From Eledone cirrhosa (taxonomy: Eukaryota), in contig OZ024740.1 of the NCBI GenBank assembly GCA_964016885.1, positions 28,830,001 through 28,894,000 of the forward strand: 64,000 nucleotides of DNA. Reading direction: 5' to 3'. Each line of letters starts with the position of its first letter. The stretch's first letter is position 1. The notes under the pieces are model-generated. The model was not told the DNA's origin. It ran no database searches and was given only the letters and a program-made list of their open reading frames with translations. This document shows, one piece after another, positions 9,655-23,600 of this stretch. Made by a program: the position numbers and the translations under genes.

Positions 9655-12600
9655 CATTTCTTTATTAGCCACAAGGGCATAAAAGAAGGGGACAAATACA
9701 AATGGGGAGTTTACATACAGGTATAAGAAAATAAAACTATTAATAAAATAACAAATAACATTTGAAATCCCCAATAGGGGGGAGGCGTTACACAGGGGTT
9801 GTACACACCCCGAAAAAATGTACAACCCTCATCTACAGGAGCACCAAGAGTGAGTACTCCCTTCCTCTCTTCCTCTTTTTCCTCAACCTACAGGCTTATA
9901 TAGAGAGAAGGCCCAACCACTCGAGCTATGTTTGCCACATTCACCGACCTTTTATAAAATTTGCTGGGGTAAGGCACCTCTCTCTCCATCCTGATTCTTC
10001 TTCCAAAATGATATTTGAAAAAACGAATCAGTTGCTCGCCGGAGAGAAAGTTGTCTGACCTCAGCCTTTTTAACCTCGACCAACATATAACCTCTTTCAC
10101 CATAGCCATAACAAATAGGAAAACTGCCTCTCCCTCGTTTTTGAAGGAGAGTGGTGGTTTGATCATGACAATGGATTCGGTGGTCAACTGGATTGGTCCC
10201 ACCTGCGACAATAGTCGTTCTACATAGCCCCAGAGATCGGTAACGCCCGGGCAGTGTACAAATGCGTGCGCGACGGTTTCCTCGTCGCGCACGCACCTCG
10301 GACAGATCTTTTTCGAAGGGTCCCTACTCGGGCGCCCGTGTTTGTAGAGCTTGTTTCGAACTGGTAGAGCTCATCGGTAGCACTTCCAGGCCAGAGACAT
10401 TTGGAAGTTGTCCATTGGTCCCGGGCGGAAGGTCCTACTGAACAGACTGGCCAGTTCGTCCTCCTCTACGCCTAGAGTTTCTCCGAGCGTGTTGTCGGAC
10501 TTGCTGCGAACCAACCCTCTATAGAATGTCGAAGTGAAGTCTCCACTGATCGCCGGATCCGTTTGCCAAAGGACTGTGAGCGCCTGAGCACATTCGATGT
10601 GCCAGTCACCCATTTTCCTCGGGTTTTGCTTGACCCAGGACTGCAGCTCGGTCAGCGAGACGAGTCGTGGGAAGGCTCACCCCACGAACGGGGCCCACAC
10701 CGGTTGTCTGGTGAGGAATACGTGGAGGTGCCGCAGCCTGAGCGCGTGTTTGCGCATCGTCAGCCACGGCAACCCCAGCCCTCCGTTTGAAGTGTGTTGG
10801 CAGCAGATGGATCTTCTCACCAAAGGAACCCATTTCTTCCAAAGGAATTGGAAGAGCGCGCGCTCGATTTTGGTGAGCGTTTTGGCTGGACAAGGCACGA
10901 CGGTCAAGCGGTAGTAGATGACGGACGCTATAAAATTGTTCGCCACCTCCGCTAGACCTTTCAAGGATAGTTTGCACTCGGCCCACTTCTGCGTGAGTGC
11001 AAACACCTTGGCCGACACCTCGTTCCAGTTCTTCTCCATCTGGAGGTCCGGACCAAACCAGACCCCTAGCAGCTTTACCGGTCCTTCCGTCCAGCAATAT
11101 CTCCAACTTCCACAGTAGTAGCTCGAGAGTCAGTACGTACAGAAGGGAGGAGAGAGGGCATCCCTGTCGGATGGATCGCGTGATATTGAACGGCTCCGAG
11201 AGGTAGCTTTCACCTTGACCCTTGAGCAGATGTTGCTGCTGTTCATTGCAGCAATCCAGCCCCTGAACACGGGTCCGAAGCCTGCCGCCTCGAGCACCGC
11301 ATCCAGGTAACGATGGTCAACCCCATCGAAAGCCTTAGACTGATCCAAATTGATCAGGGACCCACCGAAGCCGCGTTTAAACCCTACCCTCTCTATGATG
11401 TATCGCATGAGGTGGAGGTTGTCGTGTATGGACCTGGTCGGGATTACGCATGTCTGCGCTTCTCCCACCAGGTTTTCGACGACAAGCGCCAGCTTCTTTG
11501 CCACCTTGGCCAAAATCTGTAACTCTGTGTTGAACAGAGTTATGGGCCGGAAGTTGCCTATGTCATCCCCCTTGTTCTCGTCCTTCCTGACTAACGTGAT
11601 TACGCCCTTTGTCACAGAACTGGGAATTCCCCCGGTTAGCTGCCAGTTGCAGTAGACCGCTTCCAGGAGACCGGAGAACAAGTCCGGCATTGCTACGTAA
11701 AATTCGTAGGGTAGACCGTCGAGACCTGGAGATTTGCGTTTGCCGCATTGGCTCAGCGCGTCCCCTATCTCAGCGGCCGAAATCGCCCTTTCGCAGAACT
11801 TCGCCTCGCTGTCTGAGAATCGCAGTAGGCCGTCGAGGTATGGACCGAAATCCATAGCCCCTCCAGGCGCGCCGCCCTGCCCGAACAGTTGAGCAAAGTG
11901 GCGCTGAAAGGTCGCGCGCATTTGCTTCATCTCTCGTATCACGCGTCCGTCTTGGTCCTTTAAAGACCGAATCGTGGACTTGTTGCCACTTTTCGCCTCC
12001 GTCACTCGGGCCCAGCTAAGAGCTTTGGCTCCCTCGTTTCCCAGAGCACGTATTTTGCTTCTGACAACGCAGCCTTCATGCTTTCCGTCGAAGAACTAGT
12101 CCAATGCCGTTCTCGTAGCTAGCACGCTGGCTCTGTTGCCACTGCTAAGTGCCTCTTCTACTTTATCTACCAGTTCCTTTTCGGTCTTATTTCTATCTAA
12201 CACTAATTCTTTATTAAACCTATCGAGTCTAATCTAACTGCTCTCTTGAGACAATACCACCATCTGTTGTTGACAATGGCCCCCGTCAAGTGCTGCTTAA
12301 CTAGAGTGCTAATCCGTCTGCTGTAGGCTTTGCATGTCGGTAACGACAAGTTCAGCTTCCAGTAGCCGGGTCCCTGTCTATGGGTTTTGTCAAGGTTGAC
12401 TAAGCAGTTCACTAATTTGTGATCTGAATAGACAACCACGAACATTTGTGGACAGCTTAGCATGTCCCTATCCTTATTTCTAACTAGAACCCTATCTAGG
12501 TACGATCTAGATGTTCCGCTACGATTAGTCCACGTCCACAGTGGCACAGTCGGAAAATCTAGTCGATATCTATCGGCCAGGTCAAATTGGCCGATTAACT

Positions 12601-12829
12601 GTTTGAGGCTGTTACACCCCCTCTATCGGGACATGCTCCCACATAGTCCAAACGTGCATCTAGAATTTCATTCCAGTCCCCCACTAACAGCAGGGAGCGG
12701 GACGTTCCCAGAAAAGTCTCTAGACGTTTTAAGAAGTCTGGCCGCGGTGTCCTGGATGGGGCATATCCGGCCACCAGCCTGAAGGCTCCACCTTCACTAC
12801 CGTCAACGTCTAGGACCACCAGTCAACCC
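9655..12829 (-). mobile_element. L1/Tx1 LINE copy E, 5'-truncated within the endonuclease and with an internal RT deletion (~3.2 kb)
   Basis: Colinear with copy C 2979-6380 except for a ~220-bp gap at ~11092; (GATA)n at both ends. Confidence 0.94.
9888..12829 (-). pseudogene. ORF2 remnant of copy E (partial APE, RT lacking YADD, zinc finger)
   Basis: Fragments with VGDWN, SYLDRVLV, YSDH, SPGLDGLP, LDQSKAFD, EETVAHAFVHC; several frameshifts and stops. Confidence 0.9.
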
Positions 12830-12868
12830 AGATAGATAGATAGATAGATAGATAGATATAAATAGATA
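12830..12868 (+). repeat. (GATA)n between copies E and F
   Basis: agatagatagatagatagatagatagatataaatagata. Confidence 0.95.
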
Positions 12869-12942
12869 AATTTCTTTATTAGCCACAATGGCACAAAAGA
12901 AGGGGAGTTTACATATAGGTATATGAATATAAAACTATTAAT
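12869..12942 (-). mobile_element. LINE copy F, a ~75-bp 3'-terminal stub
   Basis: aatttctttattagccacaatggcacaaaagaaggggagtttacat…aaaactattaat matches the 3' end of copy E (9655-9743) with a 16-bp deletion; followed by degenerate GATA/GATT. Confidence 0.85.
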
Positions 12943-12984
12943 AGATATATAGATATATTGATTGATTGATTCATAGTTAGATAG

Positions 12985-13260
12985 ACGAAAAGAAATGCAG
13001 AAAGAAAAAACGAGAAATAGGCAGATTTAAAGCCATAATTAAAGAAAGAAAGAAAGAAAGAAAGAATAAAAGAGACAAAAAGAAAGAACAGCAAAAGGGA
13101 CAAAAATAAAAAAGGAAGGATAAAAACAAAAGAAAGAAAGAAAAGAGAAGAAAGGAAAAAGAAAACGAGCGTAATTCTTCGAAGGAAATCGAAAGTGAAA
13201 GTAGAGAAAAAAACAAAACAAAAAATGTTGGAGTGAGATAAAAGATATAAAAATACAAAT
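12985..13260. repeat. A/G-rich low-complexity tract including (GAAA)n
   Basis: aaagaaagaaagaaag… purine-rich run. Confidence 0.8.
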
Positions 13261-13573
13261 ATAGGAGACACTAATGGTTGCTTCAGATTGCCGGCAATTT
13301 TCCAAAATAGTGTTACCAATTCCAAGAGGAGTCTTTAAACGGAAATTGGAGCAAAATTAACGATTTCAAAATGGTGGGAGGGGTAATCCTTCGTTTGGCA
13401 AGTACTGTCAAATAACCGTTCGGGAAACAATGGCCAATGTACTCACATCGTTCTGCGACTAAAGTTTTGGCAAAATCATATTTTGGTGCTTGGATATCTT
13501 ATCTTAAAAGCTGCCAAAAATAGGCTGAACCGGAAAGAAGGAATAGTTCGCGTTTTGAAGTTTGGAATAAATT

Positions 13574-13693
13574 GTATGTGTTTGTGTTTGTGAGTGTTTG
13601 GGTGTATGTGTTTGTGTGTTTTATTGTGTGACTGTTTGTGTATGCATAGAAGAGTGCATACATAAATACATACGTACATACGCACATACATAC

Positions 13694-13732
<39 letters not shown>

Positions 13733-13830
13733 AATACATATATATATACGTGGATGCATACATACATACATACATACATACATACATACATACATACATA
13801 CATACATACATACATACATACATACATACA
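13574..13830. repeat. Compound microsatellite (TG)n/(TA)n/(CATA)n
   Basis: Directly visible; about 18 CATA units at 13757-13829. Confidence 0.93.
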
Positions 13831-14020
13831 GAAAGACAGATATAGGGATATATAATGACATGGTTCTCAGCAAACATATGGCTGATTGCCTGGCTGTTTG
13901 TCTGGTCTGTCGATCATAAAACTGTGACACACACATATTTATATCATATGACTGATGTCACATGACTTTGATAGTAGCTCGTGACATGTGAATCAGAACA
14001 TTGTTCTATATTATATTGTT

Positions 14021-14200
14021 TGCAGTATCAGTAGAGGGTCGGACGCCATGTTTTGCAGCATAGAGTTACGGCCCTTTATGATCTGAGTTCAAATCCCGCC
14101 AAGGGTAACTTTGCTTTCCATCCTTACGGAGTCGATCAATTAAAGTACCAGTAATACAATGAGATAATTGCCGGCCTTGTGCCAAAAGTAGAAACAATTA
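14021..14200 (+). mobile_element. tRNA-derived SINE, short subfamily (resembles abundant octopus SINEs)
   Basis: Degenerate A box, B box GAGTTCAAATCC, body ACTTTGCTTTCCATCCTTACGGAGTCGAT…AAGTACCAGT, tail GGCCTTGTGCCAAAAGTAGAAACAATTA; close homolog at 63140-63321 on - strand. Confidence 0.8.
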
Positions 14201-14598
14201 TATCTGTTAAACAATGTTTGTTTCGTTTAATGCCACGTTAAGGGCCGCAATATATTTTTGGAAAGTCATATATGGTTCTCTGCTATGAAAAATAATTGAG
14301 TAAGGTGATAAATGCTGATAGAAACCTCATTTCTAAACGAGATCTTTGTTTGGCTGAACGGAGAGATTTACAGGCGGCCTAGATTGAAATGGTTTATGAA
14401 ACGGTGAAATTTGGCTTTACACGTGACTTTTTCTACATTGATAAAAGGTGAAGAATGGCGACAGTCGTGCAGCAGCAGCAGTACATTAGGAAGCCGTGGG
14501 TAATAACTGCAGCATAAAATTTGTACCAACAATAGCAACTGCACTTTTCAGATTAGCAATATCAGAGGAGTAACAACCGCTTAACTTTAAAACATCAA

Positions 14599-14645
14599 AT
14601 GACAGCAGTAACAAAAACAACAGCAGTAAAAACAACAACGACAGT

Positions 14646-14676
<31 letters not shown>

Positions 14677-17600
14677 GCAACAACAACAACAACAAGAGTA
14701 ACAGCAACAACAACAACAGTAACAACAACAACAACAACAGTAACAACAACAACAGCAGTAACAACAACAACAGCAGTAACAACAAAAACAACAGCAGTAA
14801 CAGTAACAACAGCAGTAACAGTAACAACAACAACAGCAGTAACAACAACAACAACAGCAGTAACAACAACAACAACAACAACAACAGCAGTAACGACAAC
14901 GGCAGTAACAACAACAGCAGTAACAACAACAACAACAGTAAAAACAACAACAACAGCTGTAACAACAACAACAGTAGCAGTAAAAACAACAACAACAACA
15001 ACAACAGTAACAGCAACAACAAAAGCAACAATAACAACAGCAGTAGCAACAACAACAACAGCAGTAACAAATACAACAACAGCAGTAACAACAACAACAA
15101 CAACAACAGTAAAAACAACAACATCAGTACCAACAACAACAACAACAGCAGTAACAACAACAACAACAGTAACAACAACAACAGCAGTAATAACAACAAC
15201 AACAACAGCAGTAACAAAAACAACAACAACAACAGCAGTAACAACAACAGCAGTAACAACAACAACAACAGTAACAACAACAACAGCAGTAACAACAACA
15301 GCAGTAACAACAACAACAACAGTAACAACAACAACAGCAGTAACAACAACAAAAACAGTAACAACAACAGTAACAGCAACGGTAATAGCAGAAGTAACAG
15401 CAGAAGTAACAACAACAGTAACAACAACAGTAACAGCAGCAGAAACAACAACAGTAACATCAGCAGTAACAGCAGCAGTAACAACAACAGTAACAGCAGC
15501 CAAAACAGCAGCAGTAACAGCAACAGTAACAACAGCTGTAACAGTAACAGTAAAAACAGCAGTAACAACAACAGTAACAACAGCAGTAACAGAAACAGTA
15601 ACAGCAGCAGTAACAACAACAGTAACAGCAGCAGTAACAGCAGCAGTAACAACAACAATAACAACAACAGTAACAGCAGCAGTAACAACAACAGTAACAG
15701 CAGCAGTAACAACAACAGTAAGAGCAGCCGAAACAGCAGCAGTAACAGCAACAGTAACAACAGCCGTAACAGTAACAGTAAAAACAGCAGTAACAACAAC
15801 AGTAACAACAGCAGTAACAGCAACAGTAACAGCAGCAGTAACAACAACAGTAACAGCAGCAGTAACAGCAGCAGTAACACAACAGTAACAACAACAGTAA
15901 CAGCAGCAGTAACAACAACAGTAACAGCAGCAGTAACAACAACAGTAAGAGCAGCAGTAAGAGCAGAAGTAACGACAACAGTAACAGCAGCAGTAACAAC
16001 AGTATTAACAGCAGCAGTAGCAGCAGCAGTAACACAACAGTAACAGCAGCAGTAACAACAACAGTAAGAGCAGCAGTAAGAGCAGCAGTAACAACAACAG
16101 TAACAGCAGCAGTAACAACAACAATAACAACAGTAGTAACAGCAGCAGTAACAACAACAGTAACAACAACAGTAACAACAACAGTAACATAAGCAGTAAC
16201 AACAACAGTAACCACAACAGTAACAACAGCAGTAACATCAACAGTAACAACCACAGTAACAACAACAGTAACAGCGGCAGTAACAAAAACAGTAACAACA
16301 ACAGTAACAACAGCAGTAACAACAACAGTAGCAACAACAGTGACAACAACACTAACAACAACAGGAACAACAACAGTAACAACAGCGGTAACAACAACAG
16401 TAATAACAACTGTAACAACAGCAGTAACAACAACAGTAACAGCAACAGTAACAACAACAGTAACAACAACAGTAACAACAACTGTAACAACAGCAGTAAC
16501 AACAAAAGTAACAGCAGCAGTAACAACAACTGTAACAACAACAGTAACAACCACAGTAACAACAACAGTAACAGCGGCAGTAACAAAAACAGTAACAACA
16601 ACAGTAACAGCAGCAGTAACAACAACAGTAACAACAACTGTAACAACAACAGTAACAACAACAGTAACAGCAACAGTAACAACAACACTAACAACAACAA
16701 GAACAACAACAGTAACAACAGCAGTAACAACAACAGTAACAGCAGCAGTAACAACCAGCAGTAACATAAGAAGTAACAACAACAGTAGCACCAGCAGTAA
16801 CAACAGTAACAGCAACAGTAAGAACAACAGTAACAGCAGAAGTAACAACAACAGTAACAACAACAGTGACAACAACAGTAACAACAACAGTAACAACAAC
16901 TGTAACAACAAAAGTAATAGCAAGAGTAACAACAACAGTAACAACAGAAGTAACAGCAGCAGTAATAGCAGCAGTAACAACAACAGGAACAATAACAGTA
17001 ACAACAACAGTAAAACAACAATAGCAGCAGCAGTAGCAACAGCAGTAACAACAGCAGTAACAACAGCAGTAACAACAAGAGTAACAGCAGCAGTAACAAC
17101 AACAGTAACAGAAGCAGTAACAGCAGCAGTAACAACAACAGAAACAACAAGAGTAACAACAACAGTAACAACAACATTAACAGCAGCAGTAACAACAACA
17201 GTAAAAGCAGCAGTAACAAAAACAGTAATAACAACAGTAACAACAACTGAAACAACAACAGTAACAACAGCAGTAACAACGAGAGTGACATCTGCAGTAA
17301 CAACAACAGTAAAAACAACAGCCGTAATAACAACAACAACAGCAGTAACAAAAACAACAACAACAACAATAAGAACAACAACAACAGTAAGAACAACAAC
17401 AACAGTAACAACAACAACAAGAGCAGTAACAACAGCAACAACAACAACAGTAACAACAACAACAGCAGCAGTAATAATAACAACAACAACAACACAGCAG
17501 TAACAACAACAGCAGCAGTAACAGCAGAAGTAACAACAACAGTAACACCAGCAGTAACAGCAGCAGAAACAACAATCGTAACATCAGCAGTAACAGCAGC

Positions 17601-20600
17601 AGTAACAACAACAGTAACAGCAGCAATAACAACAACAGTAACAGCAGCAGTAACAGCAGCAGTAATAACAACAGTAACAGCAGCAGTAACAGCAGCAGTA
17701 AGTACAACAGTAACGGCAGCAGTAACAACAACAGTAACAGCAGCCGAAACAGCAACAGTAAAAACAGCAGTAACAACAACAGTAACAGCAGCAGTAACAG
17801 CAACAGTAACAGCAGCAGTAGCAACAACAGTAACAGCAGCAGTAACAACAACAGTAACAACAATAGTAACAGTAGTAGTAACAACAACAGTAACAGCAGC
17901 AGTAACAACAGTAACAGCAGCAGTAACAGCAGCAGTAACAACAACAGTAACAACAACAGTAACAACAACAGTAACTTCAACAGTAACAAAAACAGTAACA
18001 ACAACAGTAACATCAGCAGTAACAACAACAGTAACAGCAGCAGTAACAAATACAGTAACAGCAGCAGTAACAGCAACAGTAACATCAGCAGTAACAACAA
18101 CAGTAACAACAACAGTAACAGAAGCAGTAACAGCAGCAGTAACAACAGTAACAACACAGTAACAACAAACATAACAGCAACAGTAACAACAACAGTAACA
18201 ACAACATTAACAACAACAGTAACAACGGCAGTAACAGCAGCAGTAACAACAACAGTAACAAACCAGTAACAACAGCAGTAACAACAGTAGTAACAGCAGC
18301 AGTGACAACAACTGTCAAAACAACAGTAACATCAACAGTAACAGCAGCAGTAACAACAACAGTAACAACAACAGTAACAGCAGCAGTAACAACAACAATA
18401 ACATCAACAGTAACAACAGTAACATCAACAGTAACAACAACAGTAACAACAACAGTAACCACAGCGGTAACAACAACAGTAACAACAACAGTAACAACAG
18501 CAGTAAATACAACAGCAACAACAACAATAACAAGAACAGTGAGAACAACAGTAACAACAACAGTAACAGAAGCAGTAACAACAACAGAAAAAACAAACGT
18601 AACCACAACAGTAACAGCAGCAGTAACAACAACAGTAACCACAACAGTAACAGCAACAACGACAATAACAACAACATAACAGCAGCAGTAACAAAAGCAG
18701 TAAGAACAACTATAACAACAACAGTAACAACAGCAGTAACAACAACAGTAACAGCTGCAGTAACAACAACAGTAACAACAAAAGTAACAACAACAGTAAC
18801 AACAACAGTAACAACAACAGTAACAAGAACAATAACAGCAGCAGTAACAACAGCAGTAACAGCAGCAGTAACAACAACAGTAAAAACAACAGTAACAACA
18901 ACAGTAACAACAACAGTAACAACAACAGTAACAGCAGCAGTAACAACAACAGTAACAACAACAGTAACAACAACAGTAAAAGCAACAGTAACAACAGCAG
19001 TAACAACAACAGTAACAACAACAGTAACAGCATCAGTAACGGCAGCAGTAACAACAACAGTAACAACAACAGTAAAAGCAACAGTAACAACAACAGTAAC
19101 AGCAGCAGTAACAACAACAGTAACAGCAACAGTAACAGCAGCAGTAACAACAACAGTAAAAGCAACAGTAACAACAACAGTAACAGCAGCAGTAACAACA
19201 CCAGTAACAACAACAGTAACAGTAGCAGTAACAACAACAGTAACAACAACAGTAACAACAACAGTAACAACAGTAACAGCAACAGTAAGAACAACAGTAA
19301 CAGCAGAAGTAACAACAACAGTAACAACAACAGTGACAACAACAGTAACAACAACAGTAACAACAACTGTAACAACAAAAGTAATAGCAAGAGTAACAAC
19401 AACAGTAACAACAGAAGTAACAGCAGGAGTAACAACAACAGTAATAGCAGCAGTAACAACAACAGGAACAATAACAGTAACAACAACAGTAAAACAACAG
19501 TAACAGCAGCAGTAACAACAGCAGTAACAGCAGCAGTAACAACAGCAGTAACAACAACAGTAACAGCAGCAGTAACAACAACAGTAACAGCAGCAGTAAC
19601 AGCAGCAGTAAAAACAACAGTAACAACAAGAGTAACAACAAGAGTAACAACAACATTAACAGCAGCAGTAACAACAACAACAAGATCAGTAACAACAACA
19701 ACAACAACAACAGTAACAACAACAACAACAGCAGCAGTAACAACAACAACAACAACACAGCAGTAACAACAACAGCAGAAGTAACAACAACAGTAACACC
19801 AGCAGTAACAGCAGCAGAAACAACAATCGTAACATCAGCAGTAACAGCAGCAGTAACAACAACAGTAACAGCAGCAGTAACAACAACAGTAACAGCAGCA
19901 GTAACAGCAGCAGTAACAACAACAGTAACAGCAGCAGTAACAGCAGCAGTAAGTACAACAGTAACGGCAGCAGTAACAACAACAGTAACAGCAGCCGAAA
20001 CAGCAACAGTAACAACAGCAGTAACAACAACAGTAACAGCAGCAGTAACAACAACAGTAACAACAATAGTAACAGCAGCAGTAACAACAACAGTAACAGC
20101 AGCAGTAACAACAACAGTAACAGCAGCAGTAACAACAACAGTAACAGCAGCAGTAACAACAACAGTAACATCAGCAGTAACAACAACAGTAACAGCAGCA
20201 GTAACAACAACAGTAACAACAATAGTAACAGCAGCCGAAACAGCAACAGTAACAACAGCAGTAACAACAACAGTAACAGCAGCAGTAACAACAACAGTAA
20301 CAACAATAGTAACAGCAGCAGTAACAACAACAGTAACAGCAGCAGTAACAACAACAGTAACAGCAGCAGTAACAACAACAGTAACAGCAGCAGTAACAAC
20401 AACAGTAACAACAACAGTAACAGCAGCAGTAACAGCAACAGTAACAGCAGCAGTAACAACAACAGTAACAGCAGCAGTAACAACAACAGTAACAACAATA
20501 GTAACAGCAGCAGTAACAACAACAGTAACAGCAGCAGTAACAACAGTAACAGCAGCAGTAACAGCAGCTGTAACAACAACAGTAACAACAACAATAACAA

Positions 20601-23600
20601 GAACGGTAACATCAACAGTAACAAAAACAGTAACAACAACAGTAACATCAGCAGTAACAACAACAGTAACAACAACAATGACAACAACACTAACAACAAC
20701 AGGAACAACAACTGTAACAACAACATCAGTGTCAACAACAGTAACAACAACAGTAACAGCAGCAGTAACAAATACAGTAACAGCAGCAGTAACGGCAACA
20801 GTAACATCAGCAGTAACAACAACAGTAACAACAACAGTAACAGAAGCAGTAACAGCAGCAGTAACAACAGTAACAACACAGTAACAACAAACATAACAGC
20901 AACAGTAACAACAACAGTAACAACAACATTAACAACAACAGTAACAACAACAGTAACAGCAGCAGTAACAACAACAATAACATCAACAGTAACAACAGTA
21001 ACAACAACAGTAACAACAACAGTAACAACAACAGTAACCACAGCAGTAACAACAACAGCAACAACAACTATAACAAGAACAGTGAGAACAACAGTAACAA
21101 CAACAGTAACAGCAGCAGTAACATCAGCAGTAACAACAACAGAAAAAACAAACGTAACCACAACAGTAACAGCAGCAGTAACAACAACAGTAACCACAAC
21201 AGTAACAGCAACAACAACAATAACAACAACATAACAGCAGCAGTAACAACAACAGTAACAACAACAGTAACAGCAGCAGTAACAAAAACAGTAAGAGCAA
21301 CTATAACAACAACAGTAACAACAACAGTAACAACAACTGTAACAAAAAAAGTAACAGCTGCAGTAACAACAACAGTAACAACAAAAGTAACAACAACAGT
21401 AACAACAACAGTAACAAGAACAGTAACAGCAGCAGTAACAACAACAGCAACAGCAGCACTAACAACAACAGTAACAGCAACAGTGACAACAACAGTAAAA
21501 ACAAACAGTAACAACAACAGTAACAACAACAGTAACAACAACAGTAACAGCAGCAGTAACAACAACAGTAACAGCAGCAGTAACAACAACAGTAACAACA
21601 ACAGTAACAACAGCAGTAACGGCAGCAGTAACAACAACAGTAACAACAACAGTAAAAGCAACAGTAACAACAACAGCAACAGCAGCAGTAACAACAACAG
21701 TAACAACAACAGTAACAGCAGCAGTAACAACAACCGTAAAAGCAACAGTAACAACAACAGTAACTGCAGCAGTAACAACACCAGTAACAACAACAGTAAC
21801 AGCAGCAGTAACAACAACAGTAACAACAACAGTAACAACAACAGTAACAACAACAGTAACAACAGCGGTAACCACAACAGTAACAGCAGCAGTAACAACT
21901 ACAGTAACAGCAGCATTAACAACAACAGTAACAGCAGCAGTAACAGCAACAGTCACAGCAGCAGTAACAGCAGCAGTAACAACAAACATAACAGCAACAG
22001 TAACAACAACTGTAACAACAACTGTAACAACAACAGTAACAACAACAGTAATATCAACGGTAACAGCAGCAGTAACAACCTCAGTAACAGCTGCAGTAAC
22101 AACAACAGTAACAATAACAGTAACACCAGATGTAACAACACTAGTAACAGCAGCAGTAACAACAACAGTAACAGCAACAATAACAACAGCAGTAACAGCA
22201 GCAGTATCAACAAGAGTAACAACAAGAGTAACAACAACAGTAACAACAACAGTAACAGCAGCAGTAACAACTACAGTAACAGCAGCATTAACAACAACAG
22301 TAACAGCAGCAGTAACAGCAACAGTCACAGCAGCAGTAACAGCAGCAGTAACAACAAACATAACAGCAACAGTACAACAGCAGTAATAACAACAGTAACA
22401 ACAACAGTAACAGCAGCAGTAACAAAAGCAGTAAAACCAGAAGAAACAGCAGCAGTAACAGCAGCAGTAACAACAACAGTAACAGCAGCCGAATAAGCAG
22501 CAGTAACAGCAACGGTAACAACAGCCGTAACAGCAACAGTAACAGCAGCAGTAACAACAACAGTAACAGCAGCAGTAACAGCAGCAGTAACAACAACAGT
22601 AACAACAACAGTAACAGCAGCAGTAACAAAAACAGTAACAGCAGCAGTAACAACAACAGTAAGAGCAGCAGTAAGAGCAGCAGTAACAACAACAGTAACA
22701 GCAGCAGTAACAACAATAGTAACAGCTGCAGTAACAGCAGCAGTAACAACAACAGTAACAGCAGCAGTAACACCAACAGTAACAGCAATAGTAACAGCAG
22801 CAGTAACAACAACAGTAACAACAACAGTAACAACAACAGTAACACCAGCAGTAACAACAGCAGTAACAACAACAGTAACCACAACAGTAACAACAGCAGT
22901 AACAACAACAGTAACAACCACAGTAACAACAACAGTAACAGCGGCAGTAACAAAAACAGTAACAACAACAGTAACAACAACAGTAACAACAACAGTAACA
23001 ACAACAGTAACAACAACAGTAGCAACAACAGTGACAACCACACTAACAACAACAGGAACAACAACAGTAACAACAGCAGTAACAACAACAGTAACAACAA
23101 CACTAACAGCAACAGTAACAACTACAGTAACATCAACAGTAACAACAACAGTAACAACAACTGTAACAACAACACTAACAACAACAAGAACAACAACAGT
23201 AACAACAGCAGTAACAACAACAGTAACAGCAGCAGTAACAACTAGAGTAAAATCAGCAGTAACAATAACAGTAACAGCAACTGTAACACCAACACTAACA
23301 ACAACAAGAACAACAACAGTAACAACAGCAGTAACAACAACAGTAACAACCACAGTAACAACAACAGCAACAGCAGCAGTAACAACAACAGTAACAACAA
23401 CAGTAACAACAACAGTAACAACAACAGTAACAGCAGCAGTAACAACAACAGTAACAACTACAGTAACAACAACAGTAACAACAGCAGTAACAGCAGCAAT
23501 AATAGCAGCAGTAACAACAACAGGAACAATAACAGTAACAACAACAGTAAAACAACAGTAACAGCAGCAGTAACAACAGCAGTAACAGCAGCAGTAACAA

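Noticed and set aside
89-12782. + strand ORFs overlapping the LINE copies
   Set aside because: Antisense shadows of GC-rich or low-complexity LINE sequence with no recognisable motifs
1566-12868. CRISPR-like or LTR-like interpretation of the repeat-spacer alternation
   Set aside because: The spacers are homologous LINE fragments of 75-5700 bp; no cas genes, LTRs, integrase or protease
14542-14598. Splice acceptor TTTTCAG (ending 14551) that might make the array an exon
   Set aside because: All three frames after this AG hit a stop before reaching the array
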